Shown piece by piece: positions 37,971-50,762 of a DNA stretch of 64,000 nucleotides (positions within the stretch are counted from its first letter, which is position 1; each line of letters begins with the position of its first letter). The stretch is from contig NC_133619.1 in the NCBI RefSeq assembly GCF_048593235.1, positions 75,034,454-75,098,453 on the forward strand, in the 5' to 3' direction. Below the pieces are notes generated by a model that was given only the letters and a program-made list of their open reading frames with translations, had not been told where the DNA came from and made no database searches. The translations under genes were made by a program, and so were the position numbers. Source of the DNA: Sminthopsis crassicaudata (lineage: Eukaryota).

Positions 37971-38049
37971 GGAAAATCCCCTTACTCACCAAAATGGGCT
38001 CCGTCTGTGTTATTCCTGCGGAGGCAGCAGGAAGGGTTGCTATATATAC
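37971..38049 (+). promoter_or_regulatory. Gamma-crystallin proximal promoter, gene 3
   Basis: AAAATCCCCTTAC, MARE TGCGGAGGCAGCA (38017-38029), TATATATA (38041-38048). The SOX position reads CCGTCTGT. Confidence 0.85.
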
Positions 38050-38107
38050 AGTAGCTTCCACCACCGCGGCAAACAGCATTGTGTGAACGACTCAATCTCT
38101 CTCCAAA

Positions 38108-40358
38108 ATGGGAAAGGTAAGACCACAGGAAAGCAACGCTGAACCAGTGTATTTATACAAGAGAATGGTTTTCTCAACCCTCCCCAATATTTCATTTTAC
38201 AGATCATCTTCTATGAGGACCGCGGCTTTCAGGGCCGATCCTATGAATGCAGCACCGACTACCCCAACTTGCAGGCCTACTTCAACCGTTGCAACTCCAT
38301 CCGGGTAGAAAGCGGCTGCTGGATGGTTTATGAGCGCCCCAATTTTTTGGGCCATCAGTATTATCTACGAAGGGGCGAGTATCCAGACTACCAGCAGTGG
38401 ATGGGATTCAATGATTCCATCAGGTCCTGCCGAATCATCCCTCAAGTAAGCATCATCCCATTTGAAGCCTTGTTGGAAAGTCAAGTACCTTAATTCTTTT
38501 CTCAAATCAAACCTAGCTAGTCTGTGAATGGTTGCCTCAGAGAACAAAGTGTTTCTCTCAGGAGTCTGATGACTGGTAAAATCTCTCAATCTATTGATTT
38601 TTCTTTGGTTCTGTTGCCTTTTAGTTATAGGACTCCAGGGTCAATATTTTAAAAGCAATAAAGAAATTAGGGAGGTACAAAGATTCTTGAGTTAATAACT
38701 ACCATGGAATCAGAAGGATTATAAAATTAGCCTTAAAAAGTTTTATCAAAGAATAGCTGCTCTGGTCCATGTTAAAATTAAATCCAATACATTAAATTTT
38801 CATAAATTTAATTTAGAAATTCTGATTGTATTCAGGTATTTTGTGTTTTCCCACTATTCAATCAGTCATTCCAGAAGATTTAATACTTAATACCACTAAT
38901 ACTTAGTGGTGAGAGAATGAAGGAAAAAAATGGGGAGGAAGAGGAGGTAAGCTGGTACAGTAGCACATTGAGGAGATGGTCAGAAAGTCGTTTGATATAT
39001 TCTGTGATTCTGGGGAAAGTATCTGGGAGTCATTGAATATTTTGCTGGAAAGATAATGTATTATAATAAAAATAATGCTTAAAGAATATCTCTTGCTACT
39101 GAGGGTGGGATAAGAAGGAGATGATAAGCTTGTACAGAGAGAGCACATTTGGTGTAGTAGATGGATTTGGAATCAGAGGAGCTAAATTCAAATTGTAACT
39201 CTTTCATTTACTATCAATGTGACCTTGTACAAATTATTTTCTCTCTCTTGGCCTCAATTTCTCATCTGTAAATTGAACATATTGAATGAAAAGATCTCTA
39301 AGGCTTTTTCCAGTTGAAATCATAGAATTCTAGAAATGGAATCAATAGAACAGCCTGTGTTCAAGGTGGTTTGGGTCTGAACAAGGCTGGAGAGAAAAGA
39401 GAATATATGTGACTATAAAGGTTTAAGAATCCCAGGATTGGAAAAATTTATAAAAATTGGACTTAGGGAAAATAGTTTAAAGATGATTCATCTTAAAATG
39501 AAAATATATCATGCTTAGCTTTCCAGTTCACACTTTCCTCATCTAATATTTATGTAGCACTTTAAGATTTGCAAAGCACTTTACTTATGGTAATTCATTT
39601 ATAGCAATTTCCTCTAATACTAAGGATAAAAATGATGTGGTAAATCTTACTTTAAGAAAGCTATTTCATAAAAGACAAATTGATAAGGGATGCATGGGAC
39701 TACTGGACTCTATTCCTAGCCATGCTTAAGGATCATTATGCGACTAGAAGATTGTTGTTGTTCAGTCTTTTTTTCAGTCTTGTCTTACTCTTTGTGACAT
39801 CATTGTGGTTTTCTTGGCAAAGATACTGGAGTGATTTACCATTTCCTTCTCCAGGTCATTTTACAGATGAGGAAACTGAAATAATCAGGGTTAAATGACT
39901 TACCCAAAGTCACACAGCTAATGTCTGAGGCCAAATTTGAACTCAGGTCTTCCTGACTAGATTCAGCAAGTGGGGGAGACAATGTTTGTCTTGTTAATAA
40001 AATTGGAATCCAGAAGATTTTAAGTAGGAAATTTTTGATTACTTTCTGTTTCATTATTTATTTCTTGTTTCTATTATTACAGCACTCTGGCTCCTATAGG
40101 TTGAGATTCTATGATAGAGATGACTTCAAAGGACAAATGATAGAACTCATGGATGATTGTCAGTCTATTCAAGACCGCTTCCATATGAATGAAATACGCT
40201 CTCTCAATGTGTTAGATGGCTCCTGGATCATGTATGAGATGCCCAGCTACAGAGGAAGACAGTACCTTCTGAGACCTGGGGAGTACAGGAGATATTTGGA
40301 CTGGGGAGCCATGAATGCTAAAGTTGGTTCTTTTAGACGGGTCATGGATTTTTACTGA
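38108..40358 (+). CDS. CRYGB: Gamma-B-like crystallin (175 aa). Exons 38108-38116, 38203-38445, 40083-40358
   Basis: Long linker PQ-HSGSYR; YDRDDF; [39 protein letters not shown] as in bovine gammaB (recalled). Intact ORF. Confidence 0.9.
39752..39968 (-). mobile_element. Mar1-type SINE in gene 3 intron 2
   Basis: ttgttgttgttcagtc..ttggcaaagatactggagtgatttaccatttccttctcc..gaggaaactga. Confidence 0.8.
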
Positions 40359-40395
40359 GATATGGTTACTCTCAGTTTTTTTCATTTTAAAATCT

Positions 40396-40401
40396 AATAA
40401 A
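40396..40401 (+). terminator. Polyadenylation signal, gene 3
   Basis: AATAAA 37 nt after the stop codon. Confidence 0.8.
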
Positions 40402-40675
40402 ATATTTAGTTTGTGTTTCCAGCACTAAATGATTCCTGTCTTTTTTCCAATCTTATTAATTATTCATTTGTAAGAATAACATTTGGCTAAGCATTAAAAA
40501 TATGCACATATGATAGGAATAAGTGTTTGAGTAGAATGAATGGAATAGGAGATAATGCTCCCAGCACTGTCATAATAACAAAAACATATTTGATTAAAGA
40601 AATGTTTAGTGTAAGTTTAGTTACTAAAGCCATATTATTTTTCTGTTTTTAAAGTTCTTTATGTTCTAAAACAAT

Positions 40676-41500
40676 ATTGATTAGAGGAAAGCAAATTAAA
40701 ACAATCTGAAAATATCACTTAACATCTACCAGATTGGCTAAAATGATTGAAGGGGAAAGTGACAAATGTTGGAGGGGATGTGGAAGAAATTGTGACATTA
40801 ATTCACTTAATAGAACTATAAACTGTTCCAACCATTTTGGAGAGCAATCAGGAATTATGTTCAAAGAGTTAATAAACTGCCCATATCTTTTGACCCAGAA
40901 ATACCAATAGTAGGTCCATTTCCCAAGATGATCACAGAAAAGGAAAAGAACACATATGCTCTAAAATATTTAAAGCAGTTTTCTTTATTATGGCAAAGAA
41001 CTGGAAATTGCAAGGATGCCTATCAGGTGGGGAATACCTGAATGAGTTGTGGGATATGATTGTGTTGAAATACTATTGTGTTATAAGAAATGATGAATTT
41101 GATGATATTAGAAAAAACATGGATAGACTAGCATAAAATAATTAAGACTGAAAGGAGCAGAACCAAGAGAAGGTTGTATGCAATCACAACAATGGTTTTA
41201 AGAACAACTTTGAGTGACTAAATCATTTTGACCATTAGAAAAAAACAAATTAACTACAAAAACCTATGAAGGAAGATACTATCTCCATCCAGAGAAAAAT
41301 TGCTACGTAGAACTATGTATAGAATTGTTACATGATAACTTTATTATATATTTAAAAGGAATTATGTATAGAATTGTTACATGATAACTTTATTATATAT
41401 TTAAAAGGAATAGCAAATTGTACATAATCGAGTTGCAGCTTCATATACAATTATCATTTTTTCCCATTTTTTTAAGTTATAGAAAGGCATTTTTATTTCT
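40676..41500 (+). mobile_element. L1 ORF2 end plus 3'UTR (same subfamily as the 13.6-14.8 kb copy)
   Basis: gcaaattaaaacaa..agattggctaaaatga..ttttgacccag..ggcaaagaactggaaattg; 3'UTR similar to 14440-14790. Confidence 0.88.
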
Positions 41501-42934
41501 TAAATTCAGAACAAAATAAAATCATGTAGTTATGCTGACTGCCTCACTACAAATTAATTTTGTCTAATTGTAGTTGAACCCCCCACTGCTACATAATAAT
41601 CTGTTTATTCTTTCTTTCTTGATTGATTCTCTATTGTAATCTCCACAACAGCTAATCCAATCCCTTTTCCTCTAACTTCTACACCACATCATTTTCCTTT
41701 CTCATTCAAGGACATTAGCTGCTACTTTACTGGAAAAAATGGAGGTCATCTATCACAAATTCTCTCTTTTCTCTTACTTCACATTTCAAAATCCCTCAAC
41801 ATAAATCCCCATTTTCTTCATTGCTAAAAAACTGGTCTTATTTCTTGCTAAAACTAATGTCTCTTCTTGTCTTCTTAATGTCTCCTAGAGGAGCTCTTTT
41901 CTTCCATTAAAACCTCTCAAGGAGGGGGGGAGAACAAAACAGTGGAGGGAGGGTTAGCACTTTTGTCTATCTTTCTCAAATACTTCTTCCAGATAATGTA
42001 TCAGACCAAATTCTGATTAGGAAAGCCAAAAAAAAGTCATAGTAAGTCATTTTCCAATCTATTGCAGCTTGAGAAGACAGACAGAGAGGTCTACAGACAT
42101 TAAGATAGAGGCTGACTAGAGGAGCACAGTCCAATGGCAGCTTAGCAGGAGTTAGAACAAAAGCCTTCCAGTGCCCAGGGACAGAAAAGAAAAGGTATCA
42201 AAATAAAGCATCAGGACAGTAAGTACCAGGGCGGAAATAGATCTTAGAGGTCTCCTAGTTCAGCCTTAGTTCAATGCTGGGGGCAGAAATGTTTAAGTGC
42301 TATCTGGAAACTCCTTCACACAGTTCTGGGTCACCAGCTCAAGGCAGAGAAGAATAGATGTAATGTTTTAGTAATCTTTTTTTTTTCTAAACTTTTTTTG
42401 GGGAGAGTTGGGAATAGGATGGTGGCTAGTTGAATACAAAGCACAAAACAAATTCTAGAAACTTAGTTATGGGACTCTGAGCCCAAGGACAGAGCATGAC
42501 TCAGTTCTAATGTTTAGTCCAGTACATATACATATAATGGAAAAAACAGGAAGACCAAGACTAAAATCCAATAATTATATAATAGTGACTGAGTCCAATA
42601 GCATTCTACTGAAATCCATATATATATAAGCTAACAAACCCAAAACTGGATCAATAATTTGCAAAGTTCAGACAAAGAAATTTGTGAACAGACTTTGTTC
42701 TCCCATTTTGGAGGGAGGCTTCCAAACTGAGCTATGAAAGTGACTGAAGTTCAGTCCAGATATCTTCCTCAGAAATGGGCAGAGCCCAAAATTAACACAA
42801 AGTCTAAAGTCATTAAGTAGACCAGAAGAATTAGAAAACAAAAAAGAATCCAACCATGAAGAGTTGCTGTGGTGACAAGAAAGCTCAAGACACAAACACA
42901 GAAGAAGATAATGACCTCAGAAAATCTGTCAAAA

Positions 42935-43520
42935 GGAACTGGAAATTGAGTGCATGCCTGTCAATTGGGAAATGGCTGAATACATTATGGTATATGAATG
43001 TAATGGAATTTTATTGTTCTATAACAAATTATGAGCAGATTAATTTCAGAAAAGTCTAGAAGTCTTACATAAACTGATGCTCAGAGCAAGGAGAACATTA
43101 TACATAGTAACAAGATATAATAGACTTGGTTCTTCTCAGCTATGAAATATTCAAGTCAATTCAAATAGATTTAGAATGAAAAATGCCTTCTACATCCAGA
43201 GAGAGAACTACTGAGACTGAACATGTATCCAAGTACAATATTTTCATCTTTTTTGTTTTTGTTTTTTTCTTTTTCATGTTTTCCCCCCATTTGGTCTGAT
43301 TTTTATTGCACAACATGACAAATTTGGAAATATGTTTAAAAGGATTGTACATGTTTAATCAATATCAAATTGCTTGCTGTCTTGAGGAAGGGGGAGGTAA
43401 GGAAAGGAGGGAGAAAACTTTGGAACACAGTCTTACAACAATGAATGTTGAAAATTATCTATATGCATGTTTGGAAAAATGAAATACTACTGAGAAAAAT
43501 ACAAAAACAAAAAAATATAT
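42935..43520 (+). mobile_element. L1 3' end
   Basis: ggaactggaaattgagtgcatgcc..tggctgaatacattatggtatatgaatg..ttgaaaattatctatatgcatg. Confidence 0.85.
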
Positions 43521-43879
43521 ATAAAATAAAATAAACATTCCCATTTGCTTCAAAAAAATCTGCCAAGACAAAATATCCTAAGTTCTAAAGACTCTTGGAA
43601 TGTGAATAACAAACCTTGAAAAAGGTGGTACCCTGAAAAAAGTCAGAACTTTAGCAGGAAAGTGACACCATTGTCTTTCTTATTACCTACACTTGCAGCT
43701 CAAAATTGCTTTTCCTTTGCTTCAGAAAGCCAAAGAATTAGTTTCAGTTCCACTCCTGTTGTTCTGTAATGCTCTCATTTTTTTTCTTGAGTTTCCTAAT
43801 ATCTGGTTCATATTCAAGGGGAAAAGTTCCTTGTCTTCCTAACCTCCTTTCCTGTTGCTTCTCAAAACAATACACAACT

Positions 43880-44024
43880 AGGACAATTAGGTGGCATAGC
43901 AGGTAGAGCACCAGCCCTGAAGTCAGGAGGACACGAGTTCAAATCTAGCCTCAGACACTAAATACTTCCTAGCTGTGTGACCCTGGGCAAGTCACTTAAC
44001 CCCAATTGCCTCAGGGGAAAAAAT
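43880..44024 (+). mobile_element. WSINE1-like SINE
   Basis: Near-consensus body with a 9-bp TSD tacacaact (43871-43879, 44025-44033). Confidence 0.88.
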
Positions 44025-44744
44025 TACACAACTTTCCCAGGTACAAAAAAATTTACTATGGAGTAAACCGGGAAACATAAACAGGAGGACTGAGAGTAAT
44101 GAGAGGAAGGAGAAAGAAATAATTTACAATTTACAAAGCTCTTTAATTTGTATCCCTTAAATTTATTACAATAAATTATGTCTCACATTTTTTGTTGCTC
44201 CCTCTCTTTTCTTACCTGAAAGGTCCTTTGAAAGGTCTCGTCCTAGATGGAAAAAAATTAAAATGAGACCTTCAAAATCTGACTCTCCAACCTGCTGTTG
44301 TTCTCACTGTGTACTTATTACTGTCATATCTCCCTAACCATAGTCAACTTTTGCTGTCTTTGGCGTCTGGAGGGTGGGGCAGGAGAACCAGAGGAAGATT
44401 GCAGATTGAAGGGTAAAATCTGAATCACCAGCCAAACAAGCAAAGCCAAAGTTGGTCCAGTGAAGAGCTATAGTTTCTCTATCAAAGCAGGGTAGAATCC
44501 TGAGCATCTAATGCAAGCATCCAAACTGAAAGGGAAGAATGTAATCAAGAGGCAGAATACAAAGAACTTCAGCAAGGTTCCCCAAACTTTAGCTCTTCCT
44601 TTTTGTCACCTAGGCTTGTAGTCTATTATTAATGAGTTTAAGCTACAATATCTGCTTCTGATTCAGTCACTCTTCTGGATTTTCAGGAATTCACAGAAGA
44701 TGTTTTTCTCACCTTGGGATTCATATCTCTTTTTTTCCATTTAA

Positions 44745-45858
44745 AGGTGTTTTATTTTTCCAGTTACATGTAAAGATAATTTTCAACCTTCATTTTTATA
44801 AGATTTTTGAGTTCCATATTTTTTCTCCCTCTCTCTCTTACCTCCCTCCTCCCCAAGACAGCAAACAATAGGTTTTACACATACAATCATTTTAAACATA
44901 TTCCCATAGTAGTCATATTGTGAAAGACAAATCAAAACAAAAGGGAAAAACCATGAGAAAAAAGAAATAAAAATAGTGTGCTTCAATTCACATTCAATCT
45001 CCATTGTTCTCTTTCTGGATGCAGATGGCATTTTTCAATCCAAGTTTATTGGAATTGTTTTGGATCACTGTATTGCTGAGAAAAGCCAAGTTTATCATAG
45101 TGGATCATCACACAATCTTACTGTTACTGTGTACAATATTCTCCTGCTTCTGCTCATTTTCACTCAGCATCACATCATGTAAGTCTTTCCAGGCTTTTCT
45201 GAAATCAGTCTGCTCATCATTTCTTATAGAATACGGATATTCCATACAGAGAGGCCTGGAGAGACTTACATCAACTGATGCTGAGTGAAATGAGCAGAAC
45301 CAGAAGATCGCTGTACACTTCAACAACAATACTGTATGAGGATGTATGCTGATGGAAGTGGAAATCTTCAACATAAAGAAGATCCAACTCACTTCCAGTT
45401 GATCAATGATGGACAGAGGTAGCTACACCCAGAGAAGAAACACTGGGAAGTGAATGTAAATTGTTAGCACTAATATCTGTCTGCCCAGGTTGCATGTACC
45501 TTCGGATTCTAATGTTTATTGTGCAACAAGAAAATGATATTCACACACATGTATTGTACCTAGACTATATTGTAACACATGTAAAATGTATGGTATTGCC
45601 TGTCGTCGGGGGGAGGGAATAGAGGGAAGGGGGGTAATTTGGAAAAATGANNNNNNNNNNNNNNNNNNNNNNNNNNNNNNNNNNNNNNNNNNNNNNNNNN
45701 NNNNNNNNNNNNNNNNNNNNNNNNNNNNNNNNNNNNNNNNNNNNNNNNNNNNNNNNNNNNNNNNNNNNNNNNNNNNNNNNNNNNNNTCATATGCCCTAAC
45801 TTAATCAGCCATTTCCCAACTGATGGGCATTCATTTAATTTCCAATTCCTTGCTATTG
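44745..45858 (-). mobile_element. Antisense L1 3' end carrying a nested, younger sense L1 3'UTR (about 45248-45650, running into the gap)
   Basis: The antisense L1 text resumes after the gap (tcatatgccctaacttaatcagccatttcccaactgatggg). Confidence 0.8.
45651..45786. other. Assembly gap (N x136)
   Basis: N run. Confidence 1.
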
Positions 45859-46019
45859 AGTTCCATATCTAAGATGTGATATAATGAGTCATTCCTCAGA
45901 GAGGAGATATCTATAGTGATGACTACCAGAACTATATTTCCAGTCCTAGATTCTCTCGCAAGCTCCTGTCCCACATCACCAATTGCCTGCCTATTAGATG
46001 TCCTACAGTCATTCTAAAA

Positions 46020-46440
46020 AAAGAACATTGTAACCACAAGATTATGTGATGATCCACTATGATGGACTTGGTTCTTTTCAACAATGAGGTGATTCAAAGC
46101 AATTCTAATAGATTTGTGATGGAAAGTGCCATCCACATCCAGAAAGAGAACTGTGAAGATCGAACATAGATGAAAGGAAAGTGTATCTGCCTTTTGGTTA
46201 TTATTGTTTATTTATTTACTTGTTTTTTTCTTACTTGTGTTTTTTCCCTTTTGATCTGATTTTTCTTGTGCACATGATGAATATGAAAATATATTTAGAA
46301 GAATTGCACATGTTTAACTTATATTGGATTGCTTGCTGTCCTGGGAAGGGAGAAAAATTTGGAACACAAGGTTTTACAAAGGTGAATGTTGAAAACTACT
46401 TTGTATGTAATTGGAAAAATAAAATAAAAAACTATTTTAA
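46020..46440 (+). mobile_element. L1 3'UTR fragment
   Basis: gatggacttggttcttttcaacaatgaggtgattc..ggaacacaaggttttacaaaggtgaatgttgaaaac. Confidence 0.8.
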
Positions 46441-46526
46441 AATAGTACTCATCTTTCTCCCCAATCCCATCCCTTTCTTAATTTTCCTATTACTATTCCT
46501 ATATTTCTATATTGAGAATACATTTT

Positions 46527-46645
46527 GGAGCAGCTAAGTGGCTCAGTGGATAAAACACCAGCCCTGATATCAGGAGGACTTGAGTTCAAATATGATCTCA
46601 GACACTTAACTTGACCCTGGGCAAGTCACTTAACCCCAATTTCCT
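46527..46645 (+). mobile_element. WSINE1-like SINE
   Basis: gagcagctaagtggctcagtggata..gggcaagtcacttaaccccaatttcctcag. Confidence 0.8.
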
Positions 46646-47645
46646 CAGGGAAAACAAACAAACCAACTAGAATACTACCATTCCCCCCAGTCATCAAGAG
46701 TTAAAATCTTACTGTCAATATCAACTCCCCATTCTCATTCATCCCATAAATACATACATACATATATATATATAGATAATATTCAATTCCCAAATCTATC
46801 TCCCCAATTTTATTCTTACAAGTATCCTCCTCTCCACTCATGTAGTCACCACCCTAGTTTAAGATATAATCACTTCTGGCCTAGACTAAAATCATCCTAA
46901 GTGACCTCCTTGCCTCAAATTTTCAATCCATCTTCCACATAACTATCAAACTCATTTTCCTGAAGCACAGATATGTTCATGTCACCTCATTCACTCATTG
47001 TTCAGTAAAGTCCAGGAGCTCTGGATCAAATATAATCTCCCCTATTTGGTGTTTAATATTATTCACTGGTCCTATCTTATCTCTCCTTTTTTTTTTTTAA
47101 TTGTATTACTTTTCTCCTTCAATTTAGTCATCTTGCTTATTCACCTATTCCATATACATAAAGTTCCATCTTCTATCTACCAATGCCTTTTCATTGGTTA
47201 TTCCCATGCCCAATATACATTTCCCCTAACTTCTTCCTATCATAATCATATATATTGTATATTTACTTAGTAATTTTCTCCTCAATTAGAATGTAAGCTT
47301 CTTAAGGCAGAGACTTGTTTCATTTTTTTATCTTTATTTCCAGTACCTAGTATAATAAGCACAATAAGTATAAATGTGTGTTGATAGATTAGTTGATTTC
47401 AGGTTTCATAACAATCAAAAATGAAGTTAGGTCTCACAATACATGATAACACATTGCATATACATACTGTTATCAGAATAGTCCATAATATCACATGGGG
47501 TTGAGTACTTATTTCAGATCAAAAGAGTAAGAGAGGGGTAGCTAGGTTGTACAGTGGATAGAGTACCAGCCCTGAAGTCAGAAGGACCCTGAGCTCAAAT
47601 GTGATCTCAGACTTAATACTTCCTGGCTCTGTGACCCTGGGCAAA

Positions 47646-47804
47646 NNNNNNNNNNNNNNNNNNNNNNNNNNNNNNNNNNNNNNNNNNNNNNNNNNNNNNN
47701 NNNNNNNNNNNNNNNNNNNNNNNNNNNNNNNNNNNNNNNNNNNNNNNNNNNNNNNNNNNNNNNNNNNNNNNNNNNNNNNNNNNNNNNNNNNNNNNNNNNN
47801 NNNN
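47646..47804. other. Assembly gap (N x159), entered from a SINE starting at about 47536
   Basis: N run. Confidence 1.
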
Positions 47805-48835
47805 TAAGGAATACCTGAGTTTCAAATTCCATTTAGCAGTGTGACCTTAAACAAGTCACTTAATTTCTTTCAGTTTTAGCATTCTCATCTGTAAAATGGG
47901 GCTAATAACAGCACCTCAGTGATATTATAGGTTCATATGAGATAACAGGTATCTATTAATAATAGATAAAGGTAAAAAAATAATGAGGAAACTGAGGCAA
48001 AGGGAAGTTAAGTGACTTGTCAGTGAATTATATAGCTATTAACTATCCATAGTCAAATTTGAACTCAGATCTTGCTGACTTGAGGTTTATTGCTCAATAC
48101 TATGCCACCTAGAGGATGAGGTGTTTTGCCCAGTATCACAGAGATAGTAATAATTGGCAGACCCGGATTTAAACAAGTTTTCTGATTCCAAGCCCAACAC
48201 TCTGTCCACTAGAACTGGGAGTTGGTATTCAGAATAACTCTGAGAATAGGGCCCATTGCTCTGGAGTATATGGAGCTTCTCAGAGAAGCTCTTTAATGTT
48301 TTCACATAGGTTTAACACAAAGTTTGTTTTTCTTTTGATCTAATCTAATAATAATAATCATTGTTAGCACGTATATAGAACAAAATGCTTTACAAATATT
48401 ATCTCATTCGATTCTCACAGCAATCCTAGAAAATAAGTGCTCTTGATATCTACATTTTACAGATTGGGAAAATGAGGCAGAGACAGATTAAGTGACTTGC
48501 ACTGGGTTACACGGCTAGAAGTCAGGATTTTAATTCAGGTCTCCAACACTCAATCTATGTCTGCTTTCCTGAGAAATCTTCCAGAAGACATATTGCATAT
48601 ATTGATAAAGTATCAAGGAAAAATAAGAAATGAGAATTTGTTGTCTTATGGGGCAGACCTGCATGATTCAGAACAAAGAAGGACCCAAATAAAGTCAGTT
48701 AACAATGAATTGTCTTTATCCCAGTGATTATGTTCCTCCCCTAATAGCAAGTATAGAACAGAACTAGAATGCACCAGAAAGAAAGCTAAACATAGCACCC
48801 TTTCCACTAAAGGCAGAATAAAAAAGCAGACCACA

Positions 48836-48911
48836 AAATCCCCTTACACACCAAACTGGGCCCCTTTTTTGTTGTTCTTGCCAATGCAGCAGCAGAAATG
48901 CTCTATATATA
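48836..48911 (+). promoter_or_regulatory. Gamma-crystallin proximal promoter, gene 4
   Basis: AAAATCCCCTTAC, CCCCTTTTTTGT, MARE TGCCAATGCAGCA (48879-48891), TATATATA (48904-48911). Confidence 0.88.
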
Positions 48912-48963
48912 GGAGCGGCCGTTGTCGCTGTCATTAGGACACTGCATCATTCGCCAACCAAAC

Positions 48964-50719
48964 ATGGGAAAGGTGAGTAAAGTATTGTTGGGGGCAAGAG
49001 AAGGGTCCCAAAGAGAAAATTGCCACTGTTGAAGGGGCAAAGTGGGGGAAACAACACCCCTGAATTTGTCTTCCTTTGCAGATTACTTTCTTTGAGGACA
49101 GAGGCTTCCAGGGCCGCTGCTATGAATGTACCAGCGACTACCCCAACCTGCAGTCCTACTTCAGTCGCTGCAACTCCATCCGTGTGGAGAGTGGCTGCTG
49201 GATGATTTATGAGCATCCTAATTACTCAGGACATCAATATTATCTGAGAAGGGGAGAATATCCTGATTACCAGCAATGGATGGGCTTTAGTGATATGATT
49301 CGGTCCTGTTGTCTGATACCTCAAGTGAGTTCTGCCTCCAGTTGTATTTATGATATATTCTCCATGAGCTAAAAATTGTGGGGCTTGAAAGTTTTTTTTA
49401 AAGATGATAAATGTCTAGTGAGTTTTGAATTTTGGTCCCCTAATTGATAAATATAGCAAAAATGCCCAAGAAGATACTGAGAAGTTCATTCTAGGGAGGA
49501 GTTAATGACTATAGAAAATAATCAGTTGCTTTTGTTATATCTGCTAGCATTATTCTGTAGTCCAAAAATAATTTCAAAAGTTTTTTAGAAGTTTTTCAGA
49601 AATGAAAAGCAAAAAAAAAAAAATTATCTAATAACATATAGAATAAGTGTGAGAAATTAAGAAAATAAAGAAGTAAAAGAATTGAGAAAGTAAAAAGTAG
49701 ACAAATTACTCTATAGATCATTTTGGAAGTAAGGGGGAGGGAACAAATATCTATATAGTAGCCTATTAAGTACCAGATAGAAATGTTATCTCATTTGATC
49801 TTTGCAGCAATTCAAGATATAGGTGCTATTATTATTTCCATTTTACAGCTGAATAAACTGAGGCAAAGATGGGTTAAGTGATTTGTCCAGCATCTTACAG
49901 CTAGTGTCTGAGGTTAAATTTGAATTCAGGTCTTCCTAACTTCAGGCTCAGTGCTTTATCTACTGTGTCAATTGGCTGAAGTTAAAAATTATAACGTTCA
50001 ATCACAATTTCAAGAAGGTTATATTCTTATCTGCTTCTGTGTTATAATGTGATCCCTATCAAGCTTCTTTATCTCATACAACAAATAGAAGAAAATCATA
50101 AGAAGAAATATTTAATGATTTAGGAATATTAAAAGAGCAGCTAAATGTAGTGGATAGAGCATTCACTTTTGAATCAGGAGAATTTGAATTGAAATCTGAC
50201 CTCAGACACTTAACACTTGCTAGCTGTGAGAATGACACTGAGCAAGTCATTTATCCCCAATTGCCAGGCCAAAAAAAGAAAGAAGGATTATCAGAAAAAC
50301 ACAGACTGATTTTGGAATTTCTATTTTAACTTTTATCTGTTCATCCATTAATATATATTAATATGCTAAACTATCAATGAACTGAATTCTAAAAAGGACT
50401 CAATTTGTTGGGGTTTTGTTTCCTCCCTGCTTTGTTGTCCAAGCAGACTGGCTCCCATAGAATGAGGCTGTATGAGAGAGAAGAATACAAAGGTCTGATG
50501 TCAGAGCTCACCGATGACTGCTCTTGTATCCATGACCGTTTCCGATTGAATGAAATCCACTCCTTCAATGTGCTAGAAGGCTGCTGGGTCCTGTATGAGA
50601 TGCCCAACTACAGAGGAAGGCAGTTCCTGTTGAGACCTGGAGAGTACAGGAGATACCTGGACTGGGGAGCCATGAATGCCAAAGCAGGCTCTTTAAGGCG
50701 GGTTATAGATTTATACTAA
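48964..50719 (+). CDS. CRYGC: Gamma-C-like crystallin (174 aa). Exons 48964-48972, 49082-49324, 50447-50719
   Basis: RVESGCW, SCCLIPQ-T.SHR and [12 protein letters not shown] are gammaC-type features (recalled). It lies after the B-like gene. Intact ORF. Confidence 0.88.
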
Positions 50720-50756
50720 AATATGCCTATGTGACCATCTTCTCATTTTGGAACCT

Positions 50757-50762
50757 AATAAA
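50757..50762 (+). terminator. Polyadenylation signal, gene 4
   Basis: AATAAA 37 nt after the stop codon. Confidence 0.8.
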
